Origin: a virus
Taxonomy: Duplodnaviria > Caudoviricetes
DNA length: 50,152 nucleotides
Direction: 5' to 3' (one strand)
IMG/VR virus record: IMGVR_UViG_3300017655_000272
Span: 1 to 50,152 of that record
The position numbers were made by a program, and so were the translations under genes. This document shows positions 1 to 9,128 of the stretch, piece by piece. The notes below the pieces were generated by a model. The model was not told where the DNA came from, did no database searches, and saw nothing but the letters and a program-made list of their open reading frames with translations. Each line of letters starts with the position of its first letter. The stretch's first letter is position 1.

Positions 1-123
1 CTACCTCCCGGCCTTGCGGCCATAACACCCCACAATCACCCGAGCCGCGAACCAGATTGCAAAGCACACAATCAGCGCACCCGGCCAGTTCACCGTGGCG
101 AGAAAGTCGATTAAGTCGCTCAT
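1..123 (-). CDS. Small membrane protein, 40 aa (MSDLIDFLATVNWPGALIVCFAIWFAARVIVGCYGRKAGR)
   Basis: Manually translated; ATGA overlap with upstream gene; one hydrophobic segment; below ORF-track cutoff. Confidence 0.6.
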   Translation of the reverse strand: MSDLIDFLATVNWPGALIVCFAIWFAARVIVGCYGRKAGR

Positions 124-569
124 GATTCCTCCGATGGCGCCGGCAGCAGTTTGTTCGCTGCCGCATGCTCAAGAATGGTCTGGCCGTTAGGCAGCAATAT
201 CTGCCCGAGGAAAGCTCCCTCGAACGACAGGATGCCAGTCTCGATGGCCATCACCTGGCCCTTGATCCAATCGCGCAAGATCGAATACACGGCCACGCTG
301 GCGATGTCCATGGCCTTGCGCTCATGCTCGGCCTTTGTCGATCGCATCCGACTAGTCCAGGGCGTTTCCTTGAGCCACGCCGCTGCGTACCCTTTCGTGG
401 ATGCCTTGACGCTGACCATCTTGCCGCGGTACTCGAACTGCACCAGCAGCTCGCCGGCGAGATCGTCAACCATGCTGCCGAATTTCGAACAGCCGAACGA
501 TCGCAGGACCTTCTGGATCTCGCCCAGGGCCTTATCGCCGCTCGTTGCGGTGCTATAGGGTAGAGCCAT
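120..569 (-). CDS. Hypothetical phage protein
   Basis: Start MALPYS overlapping upstream gene end; operon continuity. Confidence 0.75.
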   Translation of the reverse strand: MALPYSTATSGDKALGEIQKVLRSFGCSKFGSMVDDLAGELLVQFEYRGKMVSVKASTKGYAAAWLKETPWTSRMRSTKAEHERKAMDIASVAVYSILRDWIKGQVMAIETGILSFEGAFLGQILLPNGQTILEHAAANKLLPAPSEES

Positions 570-1437
570 TCTTCTTCTCCATTTGCGCCCGGGCTTCTTC
601 TTCCTCGGCCGTGACGCCCAGCGGAGCAAGCTTGGCTATAGCCTTGGCTCTGGCCTCGATTTCTTCCGGCCTGTACGCACCCATAGCAAGCTCGTGGACG
701 AAAGTGACGGCTGCTGTGGCTTGCTGCGCCTGCCCGGCTCTTGGTTCAGGCCCATACCCGCATTTCCGGCACACAGCCGTGAACGGGCCGCTGGCGCTCC
801 GAACGCCGTCCATGGGCCGGCCCTCGAAAATGTGATCGCAGGGAGTGGGCACGCTCGGCTGCGCGGCAACAGGGACGGCGTACAGCAACATATCTTCGGA
901 CGCGGTGGCCGGGGGAAGCCATGCCTTGATATGTGCGTCCGCTTCACGCAGTCGTTTGAAGTCCGCAGAGGAAACACACAGCACCGGCTCCGCGCTCGCG
1001 GCAGGGTGTGCGGGCTGGCTGTAGCGGATCAGGGCGTCTTCTATCAGCCTTCGCAAAGCCTGTGTGGTCAGGTCTCTTTCGGCACCAGAGAGCGGTACCC
1101 ATACGCCGGCCTTAGTGGCCATATCTCGGATTCCCTCGTCACTGGGCACCTTCACCGGCTCGGCGGGTTGTGGGGCGGCGTATAGTTTGGTCCCTGGCGG
1201 CGGCATGTCATCGGGCGGTACCAGCGCACGCACTGCATTTACGCCGATATTTCCCATGCGGTTGCCATAGTGCGCCCGGTAGACTTCCGCCACAGGCTCA
1301 CCCCTGCGCTGGCGGTCGGCTTCGATGGCGGCGCGCAAAATCTCTTCCATGCGCTCCCGCTTGATCGTGGCAACCGTCACCGGGATGTCGTTGCCGCTGC
1401 GAAACTCGGCTGGTAGTTCAATGTCATGAGTGTTCAT
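553..1437 (-). CDS. Hypothetical early (Ead/Eaa-like) protein
   Basis: AAGGA RBS before MNTHD; repeated EPV..LYA(A/V)P motifs typical of mosaic lambdoid early proteins. Confidence 0.7.
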   Translation of the reverse strand: MNTHDIELPAEFRSGNDIPVTVATIKRERMEEILRAAIEADRQRRGEPVAEVYRAHYGNRMGNIGVNAVRALVPPDDMPPPGTKLYAAPQPAEPVKVPSDEGIRDMATKAGVWVPLSGAERDLTTQALRRLIEDALIRYSQPAHPAASAEPVLCVSSADFKRLREADAHIKAWLPPATASEDMLLYAVPVAAQPSVPTPCDHIFEGRPMDGVRSASGPFTAVCRKCGYGPEPRAGQAQQATAAVTFVHELAMGAYRPEEIEARAKAIAKLAPLGVTAEEEEARAQMEKKNGSTL

Positions 1438-1447
1438 TTGGTTTCCT

Positions 1448-1696
1448 TTATCCAGCACGTGGGCCGTTTGCGACCAGACCGCTTGTCTCGATTACGATGC
1501 CGTCGTCGCGCTGATCTTCGACTTGCATCAACTCCCATGCCTCAAGCTTGCGTTTGCTGACCCATTGACCATCGGGGTGCTTCCACATTAGCCAGCCTGC
1601 GAAAGTGCCGGACATGCAGGCCGCGTAACATGCTTGCCCATTGTGTCGTTGGAGCAGGACATAGCCATCCGGCACTTCGTCGGGCGTGGTAATCAC
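1448..1696 (-). CDS. Hypothetical protein
   Basis: GTGA overlap with upstream ORF. Confidence 0.65.
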   Translation of the reverse strand: MITTPDEVPDGYVLLQRHNGQACYAACMSGTFAGWLMWKHPDGQWVSKRKLEAWELMQVEDQRDDGIVIETSGLVANGPRAG

Positions 1697-2016
1697 TTCG
1701 CTTCCCCCTCAATGCGGCGGGCGTGGTCGATGACAACATCAAGCCCCTCTCGCGTAGTAGCCGAAATAATGTCGGCATCCTGGCTCTCGTCATCGGAAAG
1801 AAAGTAAGCGGATAACCAGCGATAGCGCTCAGCATCCTCCCGATCCTTCGATTGCAGGGCGGCTCGGCCTGCTTGGTAGCCTATCCACTGGTTTTCGATT
1901 TCTACGTACCAGTATGTGTCAGAATCCGGCTCTCGCCGAAGGGCCGCTGCACCACGTTCTTTTGTGATGTGCGCTTCGAAGTCGGCGCGCTCTTGTTCGT
2001 CAGTCTTGGCTGTCAT
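1693..2016 (-). CDS. Hypothetical early protein
   Basis: ATGA coupling; DAERYRWL motif common in phage early proteins. Confidence 0.75.
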   Translation of the reverse strand: MTAKTDEQERADFEAHITKERGAAALRREPDSDTYWYVEIENQWIGYQAGRAALQSKDREDAERYRWLSAYFLSDDESQDADIISATTREGLDVVIDHARRIEGEAK

Positions 2017-2279
2017 AATGGATTCCTTTCAAGCAGCTTCGACGCTTGAGTAACCGCAGCGCCAATCGTTGAGCCGTCCACGTAGCGCGTCACGTCCCGG
2101 AACATAATCGTGTAATCACGTAGCTGCCTCAGTAAATGCAGAGCTTCTGTAAGCTCCCTGTTTGCCTTGCGAACCGATAGCTGCGTCGTGCAGCGGCCTA
2201 TACATTTGCCATCGACAAAGCAGGCTCCACTGGCCACGGTGCATGCCGCGTGCGGAACAAATACGGAGTCCCGGCTCAT
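2013..2279 (-). CDS. Hypothetical Cys-rich protein
   Basis: ATGA coupling on both sides. Confidence 0.65.
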   Translation of the reverse strand: MSRDSVFVPHAACTVASGACFVDGKCIGRCTTQLSVRKANRELTEALHLLRQLRDYTIMFRDVTRYVDGSTIGAAVTQASKLLERNPL

Positions 2280-2617
2280 GATTGCTCCTGCGCGAGTGCG
2301 GCATCAGCACCATCGAGGATCGCGCCGACTGTCCGAAACTCATTGCCAATCACAATTTGGTCGCCTTCGTCTGAGTGGTAGACGGTACGGCAGGCCGCTT
2401 GGAGCGCAGCAGCGTTCCATCGCAGCGCCTCCCGCAGCCGCTCAATCTCCCCCGCCTGCGCCGCTACAACACCTTCAAGCCCAGCCTTCTCGGCCCGTAG
2501 CTCATCGAATACGGCTGCATAGTCGTCGTAAAGGACATATGCGCCTTCTGGTTGCTCTGTAATAGCGGGAGAGCCGATGTTTCCCCGGTATTCGCGGGAT
2601 AGGGCGTAGCGTTTCAT
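2276..2617 (-). CDS. Hypothetical protein
   Basis: Start overlaps the stop of 2614..4089 (ATGA). Confidence 0.7.
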   Translation of the reverse strand: MKRYALSREYRGNIGSPAITEQPEGAYVLYDDYAAVFDELRAEKAGLEGVVAAQAGEIERLREALRWNAAALQAACRTVYHSDEGDQIVIGNEFRTVGAILDGADAALAQEQS

Positions 2618-4089
2618 GCTGATTTCCTATTCAATTCGGATGCCTGATCGCCGCACAAGCTGGACAAATGCGACCGCAGCGCACAGCGGTACGACTCCAT
2701 TTCCGACTTGGCGCAGCTGGTGAGCGCGGGATTCGTCCACCAGATAGGCCATCCCATCAGCCAGCATGCGAACGCCGGGTTCAACCGCCGGGGCAAGGTC
2801 CGGCCTGTGGGCGACAATTCCCGGCCATCGATCGCTGAGTGGACCGGGCGCAAAGAGTCCGAATGCGCTACAAAATTGGCTAGTTGATCCATATGCTTCC
2901 TGCCCCCCCCTGTTACGGTGCAATGCTCTTGTGAATTGGTGCCCTTGCCGTCTCGGGCCGCTGGCGTGGGCCAGGTCGCCGCTGCAAGGCTGATATTCGG
3001 GCGCGCTACGAGCGAACCCGGCGTCGTGTTCGACCCCTGATGCATCGCCGCGTCTGGGGTCGGCCACTGCGCCGCCATGCTCGGCAACATCAGATCGCCC
3101 TTGCTTCCCCGTTGGTTCGGCCCACCTTTCTCGCCGTCCGAGGCTCTCGGGCTGGCCCATTGCTGCACATCCAGCCGCAATGCCTTGTTGCGCTCCCCCT
3201 GTCCGCTGCGCTCCGATGCTGTTGGAGTGGTCCGGTTTGTACCTTGGGTGTTCAGGCCCAGCGACCGTTTGCCGTCGGGTTGGCGGGCGCCGTTCATGTC
3301 CGAGGTCTGAGGGCTTTGCCAGTGCGTTGCTTGCTTCGCAAACTCTCCGCCGCTGCCCAATTTCCCGGTCGAATCCATCCCAGTCATGCCGTGTGGCGTC
3401 AGCCAGTAAGCCGACTCTGTCGGAAGTCCCGTAGTTCGTTTCGTGGCCGCCTTGCGCTGCGCCAGAGGGTCGATCTTGCTCATGTCCCGGGCACCGCTGC
3501 ATACGTCCGGGGTTGTCCATTCGCCAGGCAAAGCAGAACCACCTTGCCCTGCCATGACTGGCGCCCACGTCGGACGCGGAAAGAGTGATCCATTCCGCAT
3601 TCCACCCGCGGTCGGCCAGTTCTCCCATGACTCGGGCAGCCGCACGCTCTTCGAGCTCGCCTTCGGCCTCGTCCACAACGGTGGCGGTGGCAGAAGCGAT
3701 GCCTGACACGTTCTCCAGAAGGAGGAACTGCGCACCGCAATCGTCTGCGACATCAAGGACAGCAAAGAAGAGTCCGCTTCGGCTGCCATCGAGTCCCGCC
3801 CGCCGGCCAGCGATGGAAAGGTCTTGGCACGGGAAGCCGGCAATAACGCAATCCACGCGTCCGCGCCACGCTGCGCCGTCGAAGGTGAGCATGTCAGACC
3901 AGATAGGCGCCGAATCAAGCGCTCCCGCTTCCATAAGCGTGGCAAGCTGGCTGGCAGCAGGGGCTTCCCGTTCCACGTAGCAAATGGTTCGATAGTCGTG
4001 GCCAAGAAACTCGAATGCAGCGCGGGTTCCCTCTCCGAGCATGCCGACGCCTGCGCACAGTTCGATTCCGGTAAGTACAGCCATGTCAT
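2614..4089 (-). CDS. Overlapping +1-frame partner (beta-like chain) of the C5 methyltransferase
   Basis: 491 stop-free codons; ATGA coupling to both neighbours; motif IX-like RRLNPAFACWLMGWP; seven W-x-[TS]-P units. Confidence 0.8.
   Translation of the reverse strand: MTWLYLPESNCAQASACSEREPALHSSFLATTIEPFATWNGKPLLPASLPRLWKRERLIRRLSGLTCSPSTAQRGADAWIALLPASRAKTFPSLAGGRDSMAAEADSSLLSLMSQTIAVRSSSFWRTCQASLLPPPPLWTRPKASSKSVRLPESWENWPTAGGMRNGSLFPRPTWAPVMAGQGGSALPGEWTTPDVCSGARDMSKIDPLAQRKAATKRTTGLPTESAYWLTPHGMTGMDSTGKLGSGGEFAKQATHWQSPQTSDMNGARQPDGKRSLGLNTQGTNRTTPTASERSGQGERNKALRLDVQQWASPRASDGEKGGPNQRGSKGDLMLPSMAAQWPTPDAAMHQGSNTTPGSLVARPNISLAAATWPTPAARDGKGTNSQEHCTVTGGGRKHMDQLANFVAHSDSLRPVHSAIDGRELSPTGRTLPRRLNPAFACWLMGWPIWWTNPALTSCAKSEMESYRCALRSHLSSLCGDQASELNRKSA
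2627..4084 (-). CDS. C5-cytosine DNA methyltransferase, catalytic (alpha-like) chain
   Basis: Motif I ELCAGVG, IV GFPCQ, VI ENV, VIII HGRARWF, X QVGNGVVP; no motif IX in this frame. Confidence 0.9.
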   Translation of the reverse strand: MAVLTGIELCAGVGMLGEGTRAAFEFLGHDYRTICYVEREAPAASQLATLMEAGALDSAPIWSDMLTFDGAAWRGRVDCVIAGFPCQDLSIAGRRAGLDGSRSGLFFAVLDVADDCGAQFLLLENVSGIASATATVVDEAEGELEERAAARVMGELADRGWNAEWITLSASDVGASHGRARWFCFAWRMDNPGRMQRCPGHEQDRPSGAAQGGHETNYGTSDRVGLLADATRHDWDGFDREIGQRRRVCEASNALAKPSDLGHERRPPTRRQTVAGPEHPRYKPDHSNSIGAQRTGGAQQGIAAGCAAMGQPESLGRRERWAEPTGKQGRSDVAEHGGAVADPRRGDASGVEHDAGFARSAPEYQPCSGDLAHASGPRRQGHQFTRALHRNRGGQEAYGSTSQFCSAFGLFAPGPLSDRWPGIVAHRPDLAPAVEPGVRMLADGMAYLVDESRAHQLRQVGNGVVPLCAAVAFVQLVRRSGIRIE

Positions 4090-4376
4090 GCCCTCTCCTT
4101 AATTCGCCACCCACCACCCTCGCCAAACACCATTCCGTCTTCGGCAACCAGGCAACACAAGCTGGCCTTGTCGCCGCCCGCGAAGTACGCATAGTGGCCA
4201 TCCATGGACAAGATGATTCGGTAGCGAAGTTCGCCGGCCAGGCGGATGGTTGCGCCCGGTGGGCAATGGCGAAGGCGCGGGACGGGTGGGGTGTGGTCGC
4301 TCATATCCAGTCCAGATAAATGGCCGCAACAATGGCGGCCCCCGAAGGTGATAGATAAGTAGGAGAGGGTGATCAT
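4086..4376 (-). CDS. Hypothetical protein
   Basis: ATGA overlaps at both ends. Confidence 0.55.
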   Translation of the reverse strand: MITLSYLSITFGGRHCCGHLSGLDMSDHTPPVPRLRHCPPGATIRLAGELRYRIILSMDGHYAYFAGGDKASLCCLVAEDGMVFGEGGGWRIKERA

Positions 4377-5335
4377 GCGAACAATTCCCCCTGCTTCACG
4401 TTTTCAGCCTCGTCCAGATTGCGCTTCGCAAGTGCAAAATACGATTCCTTGAGCTCGGCGCCGATGAACTTGCGACCCATCTGCAACGCCACGTAGCCCT
4501 CGCTGCCGATCCCCATGAATGGCGAAAACACCACATCGCCCTCGCGACTCCATAACTGCATGGCACGCTCGATAACGTCTAGCTGCAAGGGCGCAATGTG
4601 GCGTTCGTCGTCCGTGGCGCGGGCATTCTGATATTGCAGGGTGCGGGTCTGGTTGATATCCATCCAGACTGGCGATGCGTACCGCTGCCATGTATCGATG
4701 TTGGTAGCGCCGCTGCCGGCTACCGTCCACATGATGGAGCCGTCGCCGCGCTCGATCGCCTGAAATCCTGGCGCTGGATCGTCGCCCACGTAGTAGGCAA
4801 GCTCACCCTCGATGGGTCGCTCGTTATCGCCGGGCTTACGCATGACGATCAGGTAATCGGCAATCCCCTGGCGCGACATTGACGAATCTTTCTTGATAGT
4901 CTTATGCAACAAGCCAAGCGCCTTGGTGCGCTGCATGGCGACTACCGGGTCTTTCCATATACAAACTTCGGAGTGGTAAATGAAGCCTTCTTCTTGGAAG
5001 GCGCGTATCAGATCCCCTCGAAAATCCCGTATGCCGATGAATCCGTGGTTTTGCTTGCTGCTTGGCAAGTTCATGCAATGGACAGCCATCAGGCGGCCCG
5101 GCTGCAATACCCGGTACATTTCCTTAATCAGAAAGTCGAAGTGCTGGAAAAACTCCGAGCTGCTTGAGCAGTTGCCCATATCACGCTCGTCGTTGCTATA
5201 TGTGTACAAAGACTCAAAAGGCGGACTGTAGACAATGAAGCCTACCGAATCTGCATCCAGCTCCCTTGTAACTTCGATGCAATCCGCGTTGTACGCGATG
5301 TAGTTATGTCCCTGTGCGTAGTCTTTGACTTGCAT
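4373..5335 (-). CDS. N4-cytosine/N6-adenine DNA methyltransferase (beta class)
   Basis: Catalytic SPPF N-terminal to SAM-binding PFMGIGS. Confidence 0.92.
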   Translation of the reverse strand: MQVKDYAQGHNYIAYNADCIEVTRELDADSVGFIVYSPPFESLYTYSNDERDMGNCSSSSEFFQHFDFLIKEMYRVLQPGRLMAVHCMNLPSSKQNHGFIGIRDFRGDLIRAFQEEGFIYHSEVCIWKDPVVAMQRTKALGLLHKTIKKDSSMSRQGIADYLIVMRKPGDNERPIEGELAYYVGDDPAPGFQAIERGDGSIMWTVAGSGATNIDTWQRYASPVWMDINQTRTLQYQNARATDDERHIAPLQLDVIERAMQLWSREGDVVFSPFMGIGSEGYVALQMGRKFIGAELKESYFALAKRNLDEAENVKQGELFA

Positions 5336-6707
5336 GATTCACCTGTAAGAATTGGGGTTTTGGCGCTTTGATGGTTGGCGCGTAGGCGCGTAGCTCGTTC
5401 TTTGCCTTATCGAAGTCCTGAAAGAAGCTGGCCGCGATCTTCGCCATTTCGGCCATCATCGTGTCAGCCTGTATTTGCTTGCGCCGGATGTTCTCGACAA
5501 CAGCGCCTTCGCTATCGGCAGTGATTACCCAGACATTTACGTCGCGCTTTTGGCCTTGCCGCCAGCATCGCCGGATTGCCTGGTAGTAGGCCTCGAAACT
5601 ATCGGAAAGCCCGACGAAAACCATCTGATTACAGTGCTGCCAGTTCATGCCAAAGCCTGCGATCTTGGCTTTTGTGATTAGGATTTTGTGCCGCCCTTCG
5701 GAGAATCCCATCAAACGATCTTCCTTGTTGGCTTCCGTGTCGCTGCCCGAAACCTGTACGGCGCCCGGTATAAGTTTCTCCAGCAAGTCGCCCTCGGCAT
5801 TCAGGCCGCACCAGATAAGCACGGGGCCATCCAGGCCGCTGATAATGTCGGCTGCCTTTTGGCATCTATCTTCTAGCGTGTCGCGCCTGGCATTGAGTCG
5901 TTCGGGGAGAGACTGCGCGACCGTAGCGAACAGACCATCAGTGGGCTCGGTTTCGACTTCAACGGGGCGAAGGTTAAGTGCGGGCAGGGCAGGCATGGGC
6001 GAGAATCCATAATCTGACGGGTCGCGCATGATGATTGACCACGTAGCTAGCCACTCGAAGAACTTTTGCTTGCCGTGGCCTTTTAGCCTCCATTTGGCCG
6101 TATCGCCGCCATCGTGGATAAAGAAGGTCGCCAGCATTTCGACCTGCGTCATAATCCCGAGAAACTCGGCTTGCGTGCCGAGCTCCATAAAGTCGTTCGG
6201 GGCCGGGGTCGCCGTCAGGCTTAGGCGGTAGGGAATGACTGATGCGCCATCGGTAAGCTGCTGGCGGATCTTGCCTTGCATGCCCTTCATGATTGATGAT
6301 TCATCGGGAACGATGCCACCAAAGACCTCGAAATTGATGTTATGCAGGTTTTCGTAATTAGTGATGCAGATCTTGTCCTGCACATCATCCATAGTGCGAA
6401 TGAGCTTTGTGTCGTAGCCAAATTCCTGTGCCTCGCGGTGTATCTGCGGGCCGACACAAAAGGGCGTCAGGAGCAATACCGGGCTTTGCGTATGCTCGAC
6501 TACCGCTCTGCCAAACTCTAGCCCGTCCAGCGTCTTGCCTAGGCCAGTATCTTTGAAGATTGCCGCCTTGCCGCGAGCTAGCGCCCACTCTACGGAGGCG
6601 CGCTGATAGTCACGCAAGGGCGAATCATCGGCGCATTTGTAGGCGAAGCCGGCCTCTGGCTGCCTGAAGTGCTTATCGTTGATGAAGGATTCGTAATCCA
6701 GGATCAT
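5304..6707 (-). CDS. SF2/SNF2-like helicase
   Basis: DTGLGKT Walker A, DESS, TATP, GFGMNWQ, QAIRRCWRQGQ. Confidence 0.9.
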   Translation of the reverse strand: MILDYESFINDKHFRQPEAGFAYKCADDSPLRDYQRASVEWALARGKAAIFKDTGLGKTLDGLEFGRAVVEHTQSPVLLLTPFCVGPQIHREAQEFGYDTKLIRTMDDVQDKICITNYENLHNINFEVFGGIVPDESSIMKGMQGKIRQQLTDGASVIPYRLSLTATPAPNDFMELGTQAEFLGIMTQVEMLATFFIHDGGDTAKWRLKGHGKQKFFEWLATWSIIMRDPSDYGFSPMPALPALNLRPVEVETEPTDGLFATVAQSLPERLNARRDTLEDRCQKAADIISGLDGPVLIWCGLNAEGDLLEKLIPGAVQVSGSDTEANKEDRLMGFSEGRHKILITKAKIAGFGMNWQHCNQMVFVGLSDSFEAYYQAIRRCWRQGQKRDVNVWVITADSEGAVVENIRRKQIQADTMMAEMAKIAASFFQDFDKAKNELRAYAPTIKAPKPQFLQVNHASQRLRTGT

Positions 6708-7054
6708 GCGTCGGCCTCCCTCAGTTCGGCGGACCGCTTCGGCCCCAAATCAATCTGATTGACCTTCCCCGACAGCTTTGGCGTTACCGTCCCGTCTGAG
6801 CGCGTGTACGTGCTGGTTCGCGGATCATCGATGACGCAGTAAACCGAGCCGCCTTTTTTCAGGTACGGGGCCAGATCCTCGGCACGCTTGCCCCACAGCT
6901 CCGCGTCCACAAATTGGGTAGGGCGCTTGCCGTCGCTACCTTTGGCGCCATAGTTGTAGGCCAGCAGAAGGTTCGTGACCGGCTGGTTGTCGCCGGCGGT
7001 GTACCGCAGGACAGCGTCCCGGCAGAGGCGGAAGTGGCCGATTAGGGATGCCAT
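6704..7054 (-). CDS. ssb: Single-stranded DNA-binding protein
   Basis: RDAVLRYT..., LWGKRAEDLAPYLKKG OB-fold pattern. Confidence 0.85.
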   Translation of the reverse strand: MASLIGHFRLCRDAVLRYTAGDNQPVTNLLLAYNYGAKGSDGKRPTQFVDAELWGKRAEDLAPYLKKGGSVYCVIDDPRTSTYTRSDGTVTPKLSGKVNQIDLGPKRSAELREADA

Positions 7055-7356
7055 TACGCGGCCTCGGCACCAGAAGTCGCCACATACAACTCCGTCACGT
7101 TCTCGTACGGGAACAGATCCGGGCTGCGCTTGATGAACTTGACAAAGTGAGAGCCTTTGGATTCGGCAGCCTGGAACGCCGCGAACTGCTCTGCGGTGAA
7201 GTTGGCGTAGTGGTAGACGCTGCTCTTGTCGGCCCTGTTCGGCGGGAACTTGATGGCCAGCGTCTCGGTTTCAGGGTGATGGCCGATGGCCGCTATTTGG
7301 CTCGATTCGACCGAGTCCATGGCGATGATGGGGCGCGGGGTGATGTTGTTGTCCAT
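7054..7356 (-). CDS. KTSC domain protein
   Basis: VESSQIAAIG..YHYAN..AESKGSHF pattern. Confidence 0.85.
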   Translation of the reverse strand: MDNNITPRPIIAMDSVESSQIAAIGHHPETETLAIKFPPNRADKSSVYHYANFTAEQFAAFQAAESKGSHFVKFIKRSPDLFPYENVTELYVATSGAEAA

Positions 7357-7440
7357 GTTCTTCTCCGTGGGTATTTGGGTGACTCGTCTCTCCGAGATGC
7401 CAAGCCTGGTTACGCGGCGGCTTTCCCTCTCGGGGGCGTT

Positions 7441-9126
7441 CTATGCGGGTGCAAGTTGCTGCTCTCGAACCCCATTGATGTGCTGGATAAGTGCCACGCA
7501 GATCCGGTCGAAGTCGGATTCGCGGAACAGGAGGGCAGAGCGCTCTCGGCCGGCGGGTTCAAACCCGAGCGATTTGAGGAAATCGGCGCTGACGGTAAAG
7601 CCCAGGCGCTCGCCGATCTTGCCCAGTTGCAGCGATGGCGCGGCTTCTTCCTCCCAGGCCGGAGGGGCGGGGCGGCTTATGGGAAGCCCTATGCCGAGAT
7701 AGGTCCGCGCTGGGGCCGGGGTTTCGGGAACTGGCGCCGACGGTGCCGGTGCATGTTCGGCCTGGACGGTCTGCCGGGCCCGGGCCTCTTCTTCCTCCCG
7801 GATCCTCGCGCGATCGGCTTCCGCCTTTTCTTCTTCGGCCTTCTTGTGTTCAGAGATTCGCGTCGTAACCAGCAATTGGAAATCGTCGTCTGCCTTGTAG
7901 GCGATCTGTTGCAGGTCATTGAAGAGGAAGTCGTAGTCCTTGGCGGCTTCCTTATGCCATGCCAGCTTGGCGCGGATGCCCTTAGCTACGGCGTCGACAG
8001 CAATCTTGGCGTTTGCTAGTTCCGTGTCCACTGCGTCGTTCAGGCTGGCCAGGGTGCGCTTGTTCTTGGCCGCGCCGGCGAAGTCCGGACGGCTGTATTC
8101 CAATCGGATCGGCTTGATTTCGGCTTCGAGGGATTCGATGTGCTGGGCAAATGCCTTGCCGGCGCGCAGCAGAACCCCTTCCTTGATCTCGGTCTTCTTG
8201 CTGGTGACCAGCTTGGAGAGGGCCAGGCGTTTGGTGCGCAGCTCCGCCTGAATGAAGTCGATGGTCTTCATGAGCTCGTCAATGCTGGCGGTCTGCCCAA
8301 GGGCTGCCGACTTGGTGAGCTCGAGATCCTTTTCCGCCTTTTCGCAGAACTTGACCGTCGCCTCGGCGTTGGAGAAATCCTCGTCGGTTTCCAGATCGGT
8401 TTTGATGCTGTCTATGAACTGGGTGGCCGCCGCCTTGAACTGGGGCAGGTTGCTCAATACCACCTCGCCACGGATCTGGACGGCCAGGGCCGGCAACTGC
8501 ATGATGGTGTCGGCTGCGGGCTTCTCGGCGTATTGGACAGGCTCATAGTCGATCAGGTCTTTCTCGAACTGGGCCCAGCCGGCGCGGATCATGTCGGCAA
8601 GTACCGGATTCGCGGTGTACCAGCAATGCCGCTCTTCGACCAGATTATCGCCGTTCCACTTGGACGCCATGAATAATATGCGCTGTGCGCCGGACACCAT
8701 GCACTGCTGCTCCATTTGGATCTGGTAGAAAATCGGGAGGTCAGTGCCCACGCAGTCCGGTGTCATAACGGCGCGCAATTCATCGTTGAGGCTCTTGTGC
8801 TCAAAGCCGGTCGATTCGTCCATGGTCAAGCCATCGAAGCTGGCCGAGATCTTGCCTTCGGAGCCGACGATGGGATACAGATCCTCGCCGATTATTTCCT
8901 CGCCCAGCGGTCGGGCCAGGGCTTCGTAGCGGTGGCCATCATCAAATCGGCGCTGTGTCGCGGCGTCCACTTCGGGGCTGACCCCGGTATGGAGTTCATG
9001 CAACAGGGCCGACCGGGTCTTATAGGGCGACTCGCCCATCATTGCCGGTGCATCGCTGGCATTGAAGTGGTTGGTGCGGTAGGCGAGCCACTCGGGGCTG
9101 CCTTGATTCAGGTCATGTATTTGCAT
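7441..9126 (-). CDS. YqaJ/lambda-exonuclease family protein with long helical C-terminus
   Basis: QGSPEWLAYR, ASDAPAMMG, ASFDG, EHK, YQIQMEQQ motifs. Confidence 0.9.
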   Translation of the reverse strand: MQIHDLNQGSPEWLAYRTNHFNASDAPAMMGESPYKTRSALLHELHTGVSPEVDAATQRRFDDGHRYEALARPLGEEIIGEDLYPIVGSEGKISASFDGLTMDESTGFEHKSLNDELRAVMTPDCVGTDLPIFYQIQMEQQCMVSGAQRILFMASKWNGDNLVEERHCWYTANPVLADMIRAGWAQFEKDLIDYEPVQYAEKPAADTIMQLPALAVQIRGEVVLSNLPQFKAAATQFIDSIKTDLETDEDFSNAEATVKFCEKAEKDLELTKSAALGQTASIDELMKTIDFIQAELRTKRLALSKLVTSKKTEIKEGVLLRAGKAFAQHIESLEAEIKPIRLEYSRPDFAGAAKNKRTLASLNDAVDTELANAKIAVDAVAKGIRAKLAWHKEAAKDYDFLFNDLQQIAYKADDDFQLLVTTRISEHKKAEEEKAEADRARIREEEEARARQTVQAEHAPAPSAPVPETPAPARTYLGIGLPISRPAPPAWEEEAAPSLQLGKIGERLGFTVSADFLKSLGFEPAGRERSALLFRESDFDRICVALIQHINGVREQQLAPA

Positions 9127-9128
9127 TG

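Noticed and set aside
2614-4089. Sequencing frameshift or pseudogene as the explanation for the split MTase motifs
   Set aside because: Both frames are open end to end, motif X returns in the first frame after motif IX in the second, and the pattern recurs at 20.6 kb
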